Source of the DNA: Pirellula staleyi DSM 6068
Lineage (GTDB): Bacteria > Planctomycetota > Planctomycetia > Pirellulales > Pirellulaceae
Direction: 5' to 3'
NCBI GenBank assembly: GCA_000025185.1
Contig: CP001848.1
Span: 2,760,001-2,792,000 of the forward strand
DNA length: 32,000 bases
Shown here: piece by piece, positions 18,440-26,663 of the stretch
Position numbering within the stretch: position 1 is the stretch's first letter
Layout of the letters: every line of letters begins with the position of its first letter
Position numbers and translations under genes: made by a program
The notes under the pieces: model-generated
Told to the model about the DNA's origin: nothing
What the model saw: the letters and a program-made list of their open reading frames with translations, nothing else
Databases searched by the model: none

Positions 18440-18537
18440 CGAGTGGTCCCAGCCAAGGTGTCATGCGTTGAGTTTAGCCGAGAGATTCTCTCGGCCAAAC
18501 AATTCTATCGCATGGGAGGCTGAAGTGACTCCGTGGA

Positions 18538-20175
18538 TTACATCAAGGAATCGGCCGGGCTGTTTTCTACGATAGGCATCGTATAGCCATCGAGGAAACT
18601 GGTGAGCGAACGATTGCGGTAAGGCTGCTGCAGCTTACGAACCGCCTTGGTTTCGATTTGACGCACCCGTTCGCGAGTGACAGAGAAGATCTTGCCAACC
18701 TCTTCGAGGGTGTAAGCGTAGCCATCAGTCAGGCCGTAGCGGAGACGAAGGATTTCCCGTTCGCGGTAGTTCAGCCCCTGCATCGCCTCTTCGATTTGGT
18801 GTTTCAGGGCCTGCTGGTGGGTGTCGTAGAGGGGATCCTCTTCGCGATGATCAGCCAGAAACTCACCGAAGTAACTGTCGTCGTGATCACCCACAGGCTG
18901 GTCGAGCGACAGTGGCTGGCGGGCCATTTTGAGCACGCAGCGAGCATCGTCGAGCGTCAGGCCGGCTACGCGAGCCACTTCTTCTGGCGTCGGTTCGCGG
19001 CCGAGCTCTTGTACCAATTGACGAGTGACAGCCCGCACTTTGCTCATCGTGTCGATCATGTGGACCGGCACACGGATGGTGCGGCTTTGATCGGCGATAG
19101 CGCGGGTGATTGCTTGGCGAATCCACCAGGTGGCGTAGGTCGAAAACTTATAGCCGCGAGCATATTCAAACTTATCAACCGCTCGCATCAGGCCGGTGTT
19201 TCCTTCCTGAATCAGATCGAGGAACGAGAGGCCGCGATTGCGATACTTTTTGGCGATCGAAACGACTAGACGCAAGTTGCCCGCCGAGAGGACTCGCTTA
19301 GCAGCGTCGTAGTTCTCGCGATATTCGTTGGTCCGCACGATCCGGCGCTTCAAGGTGGCTGGCGTTTCGAGCGTAATTCGCATCAGGTGTACCAGCTCCT
19401 TGCGAAGCTGCTGGGCGGTGCGTCCCCCCGAGACGCCGTGGATATTGGCTTCCCGGATTTGGCTGCGAAGGGTCTTCATCCGGCCAAGGATATCGCTCAA
19501 CTTGTCGAACAGCGGCTGCAAGCGGTTGTTTCGCAGGTTCATCTCTTCGACGAGACGGACGCACTTGTTCCGGCGACGAACGAGTCGCTTCCAGGCATCG
19601 CGACGCTCGTGCATCGGCTTGCTGCGGCTGATCGAGATGTTGTAGTCGGCGATGTTGGCCGAGAGGAGATGGCGAAGCGTCGAAAGGTTCGGCCAGATCC
19701 GTTTCATGATCCGCTTCTTCTCCGACGTATTAGTGACCGACACCTCGATGGTGCGATCGAGGCGGAGCTGTCCATCACGCACACGTTCGAGCAATTCGAC
19801 AGCACCCTGCAGGACATAGTCCGTAGCGAGCATGCTGTGACGGAACTTCAGGCGGGTCGCTTCGATGGTGCGAGCCGAGTCGATTTCCTGGGTGCGGTTG
19901 AGGAGAGGAATCTGCCCCATCTGCATCAGGTACATCCGAACCGGATCATCGGTGGCGTCGACGCTTTCGAGTTCGTCGCCATGTTCGCTGGCCACTTCCA
20001 CATCGACTTCGATTTCGTCGATCTCTACATCGACTTCGGCGAAGGCGTCCAGTTCGAACTCGTCATGAGTGCCGATGCGATCTTCGCTACCCACATCGCT
20101 CGACGAAGGCTTGGCAGGAGCCGTCCCTTTGCGAGAGTGAGATGGAGCGGTTGGTTTGCGGATGCCCTTAGCCAT
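18538..20175 (-). CDS. rpoD: Primary-type RNA polymerase sigma-70 factor
   Basis: Region 2 is '[74 protein letters not shown]'. Region 4 is '[26 protein letters not shown]'. An acidic N-terminal region and a long non-conserved spacer are typical of group 1 sigmas. Confidence 0.9.
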   Translation of the reverse strand: MAKGIRKPTAPSHSRKGTAPAKPSSSDVGSEDRIGTHDEFELDAFAEVDVEIDEIEVDVEVASEHGDELESVDATDDPVRMYLMQMGQIPLLNRTQEIDSARTIEATRLKFRHSMLATDYVLQGAVELLERVRDGQLRLDRTIEVSVTNTSEKKRIMKRIWPNLSTLRHLLSANIADYNISISRSKPMHERRDAWKRLVRRRNKCVRLVEEMNLRNNRLQPLFDKLSDILGRMKTLRSQIREANIHGVSGGRTAQQLRKELVHLMRITLETPATLKRRIVRTNEYRENYDAAKRVLSAGNLRLVVSIAKKYRNRGLSFLDLIQEGNTGLMRAVDKFEYARGYKFSTYATWWIRQAITRAIADQSRTIRVPVHMIDTMSKVRAVTRQLVQELGREPTPEEVARVAGLTLDDARCVLKMARQPLSLDQPVGDHDDSYFGEFLADHREEDPLYDTHQQALKHQIEEAMQGLNYREREILRLRYGLTDGYAYTLEEVGKIFSVTRERVRQIETKAVRKLQQPYRNRSLTSFLDGYTMPIVENSPADSLM

Positions 20176-20495
20176 GTTGCGAAGTCCTTGCTTGACGTGT
20201 GGGTTCCGCCTCGAAGCAGGTGATTGGTCGAGGCGATGGACTTAACGTTTTGCAAGGATGATGCCAGAGCTGTTGGCAAGATTACGCAATTCACTGTAAG
20301 TGATTGTCGTGAATAGCTTTGCAGTAGTTTTGAAGAAACTCTTCAAAACTTTTTGCGTTGCGAGAAGGCAACGAGCGTGGTGAGCGCACCGCATGATGCT
20401 GGTGGGGATGTGCAATGCGTAGCGGAAATTCCGCTGCCAAACGCTGCCCGACCGCTGGTGCATTGGTCTGAGATTAGTTGCCGCGATCACGATTG

Positions 20496-22040
20496 CTAGA
20501 GGGAATATTGGAGTCCCAGGGTGATCCCCCATGCTTTTCGCTCGTCACGACCGCCAAAGTCGTTAGCAATGGTATTTTCGATAAGACCGATACCATAAAG
20601 CTCGAGCTGAGGCGTGAAAAAGAGGCTGGTTTTAATGAGGCCGCGACGATTCACTTCATCGTGCTGTGGCACGCCAATCTGCTCGGGGTGATACTCGCCA
20701 TAGTTGAGTGAGGTGGTGATTCGCTCACCTTCGTAGTCGAGATTCACGTAATAGCCGACACCTTCGATCGGATCGTAGAGCCCTTGGTTTAAGTCGCGAT
20801 AGTAGAGACTGCGCCCCCAGGTGATGTCGTTCGGAGCAAGTCCCGGTCGCCGGAGGCCATATTGGTCGTAGATCAATTCCGACGAGAGACGCCAGCGCCC
20901 CAGTTTCAGCATCATGTCGCCACCGACATGGTTGTTGTAGGTCTTTTGCCCTTCGCTGCCGATGCCGTCGTGCCATTTCACAGAAACACCGCAGGTGAAG
21001 TTCTCGCGGTCGATGCCACCTCGCGCGATGATGGCTTTCGTGCTATTGGTGTCGCGATCTTCGCTGCCGTTGACCAGCGCTGTCGTGAAGACCCAGCCTT
21101 CGGGGTCCCACTGGGTAAGAAGTCCCGTCTCGCGATTCAGCACCGCTTCGCTGCGGATGAAAGGTGAGTCGTCGAAGTTGTTGAAGAAGTTCTCGTAATA
21201 GAACTTGCCAAACGGAGTCACCATTTTGCCAATGGCAACATAAAAGTCTTCTTTGCGAGCACCCAGGTGCAGCTGGCTGATCGAAAGCGTTTCGTACTCG
21301 AAATTGGCTGCAAACGAAGCCCGCTCGGGAGTGTCGACCAGCACGTTTTGATCGAACGGCTGCGTGAGGAAAAGCTCGCCTCCGCCGATCACTTCCCAAG
21401 CGCCGCTGAGTTGATGGAATTCGCCAGCCAATACTCCTTCGACGCCGAAGGTTTCTTCCTGACCGGTAAATTCGATCCGCTGATCGTTGGTGTAATAGCT
21501 GCGTGCTTTCGCGCTCCAGTCATACCAGCAGTTGGTGGTTCCTGGCACCCACGGATGATTGGCGGTGAGGGCTGCATCGCCTGCGACTATTTCGCTCGCT
21601 GTCGGCTGTTCCGCTGGAACCTGGTATTCACTCGCTGGCGCGGGGAGACGCTCGGCTGCCCCCGGAGCAATCGTCGACGATTGCCAGTAAGCCACTGGTT
21701 CGTTAATAAACTGGCCCGAACCCCCGGTTGAGATCGGTGGCAGCTGCGCGGGGAGATTGTAGTTCGGTGGTGGTGCAGGTATCGGCGGCTGTTGCGCAGC
21801 CGGCGGTGGGACATAAATCGATTGATAGGGAGGCGGAGCAGCGGCAGGGCGTGGCTCGTAGATTGTTGGCGAGCTTGCAGGAGCAGCCACGCTCGGCTGT
21901 GGGTAGCCAGTGAAACCCGCAGACGGGTAGGGCTGCCCCGAGGCACTGGCGACGCATGCGAGCACGAGAAGCATGCCCACGCACACAGGCAGGAATTGCT
22001 CGAGAGGTCGACGTGTCGTTCGGCCGTAGAGCAGTGGCAT
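20496..22040 (-). CDS. Putative outer-membrane beta-barrel protein with a proline-rich N-terminal linker
   Basis: I chose ATG 22040, which gives the signal peptide 'MPLLYGRTTRRPLEQFLPVCVGMLLVLACVASASGQ'. About 90 aa of P/A/Q-rich sequence follow. The rest shows alternating hydrophobic/aromatic strand patterns ('GVSVKWHDG', 'WRLSSELIY', 'GYYVNLDYEGERITTSLNYGEY', 'AWGITLGLQYSL'). No named family was recognised. Confidence 0.45.
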   Translation of the reverse strand: MPLLYGRTTRRPLEQFLPVCVGMLLVLACVASASGQPYPSAGFTGYPQPSVAAPASSPTIYEPRPAAAPPPYQSIYVPPPAAQQPPIPAPPPNYNLPAQLPPISTGGSGQFINEPVAYWQSSTIAPGAAERLPAPASEYQVPAEQPTASEIVAGDAALTANHPWVPGTTNCWYDWSAKARSYYTNDQRIEFTGQEETFGVEGVLAGEFHQLSGAWEVIGGGELFLTQPFDQNVLVDTPERASFAANFEYETLSISQLHLGARKEDFYVAIGKMVTPFGKFYYENFFNNFDDSPFIRSEAVLNRETGLLTQWDPEGWVFTTALVNGSEDRDTNSTKAIIARGGIDRENFTCGVSVKWHDGIGSEGQKTYNNHVGGDMMLKLGRWRLSSELIYDQYGLRRPGLAPNDITWGRSLYYRDLNQGLYDPIEGVGYYVNLDYEGERITTSLNYGEYHPEQIGVPQHDEVNRRGLIKTSLFFTPQLELYGIGLIENTIANDFGGRDERKAWGITLGLQYSL

Positions 22041-22176
22041 AGGTTCGCCTACGAGGTAATAACTGGTGAAGTGCCCGTTATCAACCACTTCGGCATGCTA
22101 CGACCGTTAAATCCACTACGCTCGAGGCAATCGGCAAGGTCTCGCTGCTTTGCCTATCTTTCTGCTAGCAGGCTGC

Positions 22177-23949
22177 TTAGCTGGCAGCTGCTTCGGGGAG
22201 TTTGCTGGCCGAGAGGGTAGGACGCCAGTCGACGAGTTGCAGTTCGGCGGTCACGCGTCCCCGAAACTCGTTGATGACGGGGCGGTAGGCGATATCAAGC
22301 GGGCCAACTGCTTGTGCGAGTTCGTCGCACTGATCCCCCATGCCAAAACCAACACCTCGCATCGTAACGCCAGCTTGCTGCAACTTGATCGCAATGTGCC
22401 GTTCGCCTCCCCCGATGCGTTTAGGTGGTTCGACCAAAGTGACACCGCTGGCACAGAGCAGGGGACGCGGATTGCCACACCCAAATGGTTCCATCTGTTC
22501 GATCTGACGAATCGTGCTGACGTTGACTTCGCACAGCTGACTTTCGGCATCGATACGGAGTTCTCCCGTTCGTTCGCTCGGGCGAATCTGCGAGGCGGCG
22601 AATTCGCAGAACGCTTCGCGGAAGGCCTCGACTTTGGATTCTTCGATGCGAAGTCCTGCTGCTGCAGCGTGTCCACCGTAGCCCACGAGATGCTCGCCGG
22701 ACGCGGTGAGTGCTTCGTGGAGGTTGAAACCAGCCACGCTGCGAGCACTGCCAGTTCCTGGCTTGAGCCCAAGTTGATCGAGCGCAATCAGAACAACCGG
22801 ACGATTGAACTTCTCGGCGAGTCGACCAGCAACGAGACCGATGACACCAGCGTGCCAGCCACGACCAGCCAAGACAAGCGCGGGATCGTCGTCGGGATTG
22901 AACTGTTCTTTGGCTTGCTTGACCGCTGCGAGCTGAATGCTCCGTTCCAGGCTTTCGCGGCTGCTGTTGAGTTGGTGGATATATTCGGCGAGCGAAGCTG
23001 CGCGCGAGGCATTGTCGGTGGTGAGCAGTTCCACGGCCAGCTGCGCTTGTCCGAAACGTCCTGCTGCGTTCAGTCGCGGCGCGATTGTAAAGGCGATATC
23101 TTCGCTTGAGAGCGACTGTTTTTTCGTAAGTCCGGTGAGCTCGAGAAGTGCTCCGAGTCCTATCATTGGTTGCGATTTCAGGTAGGTCAGTCCGTGACGC
23201 ACCAAGATGCGATTCTCGTCGACCAGGGGGACCACATCGGCCACAGTGCCGATGGCCGCTAGTCCCATGGCACTCAGCAAATAGGTGCGCATGGCATCGG
23301 TCACCTTCTTCGACTGGCTCGCCTTCTGGCAAAGCGCCCAGGCAACTTTCAGAGCCACTCCAGCGCCACAGAGTCCGCCAAACGGATAGGCTGTTCCCGG
23401 CAGTCGTGGATGCACACAAACCGCTGCTTCCGGCAATTCGCTCGCAAATTCGTGATGATCGGTGACGATCAATTCGAGTCCCAGTTCCTTGGCCCGGCGG
23501 GCTTCGCTGAGACTGGCAATGCCGCAGTCGACCGATATGACGAGTTGGGCTCCCTTGGCAGCGAGCGACTCGAGGGCTGTGTTGCTGAGTCCGTAACCTT
23601 CCTCGAGACGGTTCGGAACGTAGTACGAAGCATCGGCGCGCAGCAGCTTCAAACAGCCCAGCAAAATCGATGTGCCGGTCATTCCGTCGGCATCGTAGTC
23701 GCCATAGACGACGATTTTTCTCTGGGCCTCGATGGCGGCAAACAGCCGCTCGGCTGCTTCGGTCGCGCCGGGAAGTAATTCTGGGTCGCGAAGGCCGCCG
23801 AACTTGGCGTCGAGAAACTCTTTGGCCGCGTCGGGCTGATAGATTCCACGAGCAACGAGCAGCTGAACAATAATGGGCGAGAGGCCAGTGGTGCGCTCGA
23901 GGTAAGCGATCCGGTCAGCATCGTGCGCGTGAATCCGCCAGCGGCGCAT
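22177..23949 (-). CDS. recJ: Single-stranded-DNA-specific exonuclease RecJ
   Basis: DHH-family motifs are present: 'IVVYGDYDADGMTGTSIL', 'LVISVDCGI', 'LIVTDHH'. The DHHA1 block is 'GYGGHAAAAG'. 590 aa with an ATG start. Confidence 0.9.
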   Translation of the reverse strand: MRRWRIHAHDADRIAYLERTTGLSPIIVQLLVARGIYQPDAAKEFLDAKFGGLRDPELLPGATEAAERLFAAIEAQRKIVVYGDYDADGMTGTSILLGCLKLLRADASYYVPNRLEEGYGLSNTALESLAAKGAQLVISVDCGIASLSEARRAKELGLELIVTDHHEFASELPEAAVCVHPRLPGTAYPFGGLCGAGVALKVAWALCQKASQSKKVTDAMRTYLLSAMGLAAIGTVADVVPLVDENRILVRHGLTYLKSQPMIGLGALLELTGLTKKQSLSSEDIAFTIAPRLNAAGRFGQAQLAVELLTTDNASRAASLAEYIHQLNSSRESLERSIQLAAVKQAKEQFNPDDDPALVLAGRGWHAGVIGLVAGRLAEKFNRPVVLIALDQLGLKPGTGSARSVAGFNLHEALTASGEHLVGYGGHAAAAGLRIEESKVEAFREAFCEFAASQIRPSERTGELRIDAESQLCEVNVSTIRQIEQMEPFGCGNPRPLLCASGVTLVEPPKRIGGGERHIAIKLQQAGVTMRGVGFGMGDQCDELAQAVGPLDIAYRPVINEFRGRVTAELQLVDWRPTLSASKLPEAAAS

Positions 23950-24067
23950 GCGAGGGCTCCCTCCAAAGTTCGGACAAAGTTCGTCGCAGAGAAACCGTTA
24001 TGGTACGACGAACAGGATTGGCTGCAAGTTGGGCGAAGAGATCAGCACCAACGGCAATCGAGGCCTG

Positions 24068-24106
24068 TGAAAACGCAAGTGCCACCGAAAATGATTGCGG
24101 TGGCAC
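24068..24106 (-). terminator. Candidate intrinsic terminator downstream of rpmG
   Basis: There is a perfect 9-bp stem, gtgccaccg (24079-24087) with cggtggcac (24098-24106), and a 10-nt loop. On the minus strand it is followed by TTGCGTTTTCA. It lies about 85 nt after the rpmG stop. Confidence 0.45.
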
Positions 24107-24189
24107 AAGGAATCGACGCCAGGAAGAGTCGCAGGGAGCAACTGGTCGCAGAGAGGCCAATGCCTTAGGGCGACCGAGGCTCGAATGCG

Positions 24190-24354
24190 TTACTTCTTCT
24201 TTTCAACGTGCAGCGTGTGCTTGCGGAGACGAGCGCAATATTTTTTGAGCTTCAGCTTTTCGCCACCTGGTTTGCGGCGGATTGCGTAGTTGAGATCGCC
24301 CGTTTCTTCGCACACCAGGAAGACGGTTTCAGCTTTCTTCTTGCTCTTGGCCAT
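24190..24354 (-). CDS. rpmG: 50S ribosomal protein L33
   Basis: This gene is absent from the ORF track because it is under 60 aa. My hand translation of the minus strand is [54 protein letters not shown]. It fits the L33 pattern L.C..(C)...NY......KL.LKKYC..(C)..HT.H.E.K. Confidence 0.85.
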   Translation of the reverse strand: MAKSKKKAETVFLVCEETGDLNYAIRRKPGGEKLKLKKYCARLRKHTLHVEKKK

Positions 24355-24842
24355 GGCTCAAAGGCTCCACACTCTGGTGGGCACGATCGCTTGCGTCTAC
24401 CGCAAACACACTCGATGCCCGCTTGCAAAATTATGAGGTTAAATCGACCGACAACCCAGTTCACACCCACAGCTGGTCGGCGTGAATTGCGTCAGCACGA
24501 ACAGCTTCCGCAGCTGTCAGCCGAATCGTTCGTTCCTGGGATCGTTACGCACCCATAGCGATACACCGATCACCGGGTGGTAATCCAGTAGCATAACGAC
24601 TTACTAGCGCCAAAGAAAAGGGCTCCGGCCAGAATCAGCGGAAGTTCGTAATTCTCAATTGTCCACCGGGGACGCTAGCACCCCTCAGGACCCTATTTAA
24701 GTGCTTTTGCAGGAAATGCTTACGGCGCTCGTGGCACCGCTAATCCTGTTTTGACTGCCTTGTGTTTCCGGTTCCTTGCCCTAAGATGAGGTCTGTTCTT
24801 TGGGCTGCCACCACGACCGGAAGCCGGCCAAACACCGGCCCA

Positions 24843-26450
24843 ATGCTGCCGATGGCTGAAATTCACCACGAGTGCGGCATCGCTGCCGTCTACCAACTCC
24901 CGGGCGATGTTCATCCGCTTTGCCCGGAGGGTTTGCCTGAACAGGCTTCACGCTTGTTGCCTCGCATGCTTCTCGATATTCAAAATCGGGGCCAGCTTGC
25001 TGCTGGAATGACCGCCTATCACCCTGGGCGCGATCAGATCCTCGATACGCATAAAGAAATCGGCACCGTAAGCGAAGTCTTTCGGCTCTCGCACAAAGGC
25101 AAAGCCGAAAGCTTGATGCAGCGCTACAGCGGTGTCGCTGCGATTGGTCACGTCCGCTACGCCACGTGCGGCGCCGAAGATCGCAACTATGCCCAGCCCT
25201 ACGAGCGGCATCACCTCGAAAAACGCAAGTGGTTTGCTTTCGCCTTCAACGGCCAGTTAGCCAACTACGCAGCGCTCAAAGAAAAACTGCTGAGTGAAGC
25301 CGAGTATCACCTCGCTCGCGAGAACGATACTGAAATCATCATGCACGAGATCAGCCGCGAGCTTTCCGGCGATCGCCGACCTCGTTTGGTCGACGTCATG
25401 AAGGCCGTTTGTCAGCGTTTTGATGGCGCCTACAGCTTGGTGCTCCTGAACGCCCAAGGGGACATGCTCGTGGCTCGCGATCCGCTGGGGATCAAGCCAC
25501 TTTGCTATGCTCTCGAAGGGACACTGTTTGCCGCTGCCAGCGAGTCGGTTCCGCTGCTGAATCTTGGTTTCCAGCCCGAGAGCATTAAATCGCTCCCACC
25601 GGGCCACGCCATCACGATCACTGGCGGAAAGTTTGCGATCGAAAAGTTCGCCGATTCGCCCCGCAGCGCTCACTGCTTCTTCGAGTGGGTCTACTTCGCG
25701 AACGTCGCCAGCACGCTGGATGACCGGAGCGTTTATCTCTCGCGTACGACCCTTGGGGAAGAACTCGCGCGGCTGGAACTTGCCGACGGAGGTGTTCCGC
25801 TCGACGAAAACACGATTGTGGTCCCTGTTCCCGACACCAGCAAAGCGGCGGCCGATGCCATGGCTCACCGCCTGCGAGTCCCCTCGCGAGAAGGTTTGAT
25901 TCGCAACCGCTATAGCGGCCGCACCTTCATCGAAGGTAGTGGCAATCGCAAGAACAAGGCCGAAAGCAAGTACACTCCGCTCCGCGAAGTGCTGGGTGGC
26001 AAACGGGTGTTTCTTGTCGAAGATTCGATCGTTCGCAGCACCACCATGCGCGTGCTGTTAAATCGCATTCGCACCCTGGGTGGCGCGAAAGAGATTCACG
26101 TGCGGGTCGCATGTCCCCCCATTATTGCTCCTTGCTTTTATGGGATCGACATGTCGACGGTCGACGAACTGTTTGCGCCCAAGCTGATGCGCGGCCGACC
26201 ACTAAACGACGAAGTGCAGGCCGAAATGGCTGCTTCGCTCGGCGCTGATTCGCTCCGTTATCTACCCATCGAATCGATCTCGCGAGCCATTCGACTCGAG
26301 CCCAATAAGCTCTGCCAAGCCTGCATCACGGGACAATATCCCACCGATCATGGCCAGCAGCTGTATCAAATTGCCCTCGAGAACGTTGGCAAGGGCGATA
26401 GTGCCAGCCGCACCTACGAAGTGCAGCACACGCTGACATTCGCCCAGTAA
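24843..26450 (+). CDS. purF: Amidophosphoribosyltransferase (glutamine PRPP amidotransferase), Fe-S type with N-terminal propeptide
   Basis: '[10 protein letters not shown]|CGIAAVY' has the catalytic Cys following a short propeptide, as in the B. subtilis-type enzyme. 'RYATCG' is present. The PRPP loop is '[13 protein letters not shown]'. The Cys ligands are '[14 protein letters not shown]' and '[11 protein letters not shown]'. I chose ATG 24843 over the track start 24762. Confidence 0.9.
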   Translation: MLPMAEIHHECGIAAVYQLPGDVHPLCPEGLPEQASRLLPRMLLDIQNRGQLAAGMTAYHPGRDQILDTHKEIGTVSEVFRLSHKGKAESLMQRYSGVAAIGHVRYATCGAEDRNYAQPYERHHLEKRKWFAFAFNGQLANYAALKEKLLSEAEYHLARENDTEIIMHEISRELSGDRRPRLVDVMKAVCQRFDGAYSLVLLNAQGDMLVARDPLGIKPLCYALEGTLFAAASESVPLLNLGFQPESIKSLPPGHAITITGGKFAIEKFADSPRSAHCFFEWVYFANVASTLDDRSVYLSRTTLGEELARLELADGGVPLDENTIVVPVPDTSKAAADAMAHRLRVPSREGLIRNRYSGRTFIEGSGNRKNKAESKYTPLREVLGGKRVFLVEDSIVRSTTMRVLLNRIRTLGGAKEIHVRVACPPIIAPCFYGIDMSTVDELFAPKLMRGRPLNDEVQAEMAASLGADSLRYLPIESISRAIRLEPNKLCQACITGQYPTDHGQQLYQIALENVGKGDSASRTYEVQHTLTFAQ

Positions 26451-26506
26451 CCGACTTCACAGCAACGTCTCTGTGTGGCGTTTTGATTTCGCAGGGCCAT
26501 TTCTCA

Positions 26507-26534
26507 AGAGCAGAAGCATTCTGGCTTCTGCTCT
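26507..26534 (+). terminator. Strong hairpin downstream of purF (possible terminator, no U-tract)
   Basis: There is a perfect 11-bp stem, agagcagaagc (26507-26517) with gcttctgctct (26524-26534), and a 6-nt loop, 57 nt after the purF stop. It is not followed by a T run. A second weak hairpin plus CCTTCTTTTGTTT lies at about 26559-26588. Confidence 0.35.
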
Positions 26535-26663
26535 CGGCTGGGTGGCGGGGTTTCTATCGGCGGCGATCCTTCCGCCCCTTCTTTTGTTTGACATCGCGCA
26601 CATTCTCTGCGATACCGTCACACATCCGTGACGTACGCTCTCTCCTGCCAGAAGAATGCTGCC

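Noticed and set aside
19990-20045. A short direct repeat (acatcgacttcg, two copies) in the 5' part of rpoD.
   Set aside because: It simply encodes the repetitive acidic '[15 protein letters not shown]' N-terminal tail of the sigma factor. It is not an independent element.
22150-23419. The 319-aa plus-strand and 332-aa minus-strand ORFs overlapping recJ.
   Set aside because: recJ carries unambiguous DHH/DHHA1 motifs in its own frame. The competitors are Arg/Ser/Cys-rich shadow frames typical of GC-rich coding DNA. The same reasoning applies to long alternative-frame ORFs inside the oxoprolinase, rpoD, DUF1559, M50 and fusion genes, namely 12304..12978, 19387..20223, 4526..5143, 16372..16965 and 28044..29084.
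24355-24842. The 488-bp divergent region between rpmG and purF, examined for a purine, ZTP or PRPP-type riboswitch, a tRNA or another ncRNA.
   Set aside because: I could not recognise the conserved cores of those riboswitch classes or a tRNA cloverleaf (no GTTCGAATC-type T-arm). Only short generic hairpins are present. A covariance-model scan would be needed to exclude an ncRNA.
26588-26616. TTGACA (26588-26593), a 17-nt spacer and GATACC, considered as a promoter for the fusion gene.
   Set aside because: The -35 is perfect but the -10 matches only 3 of 6 positions. With no knowledge of promoter consensus in this phylum, this is too weak to report as a feature.
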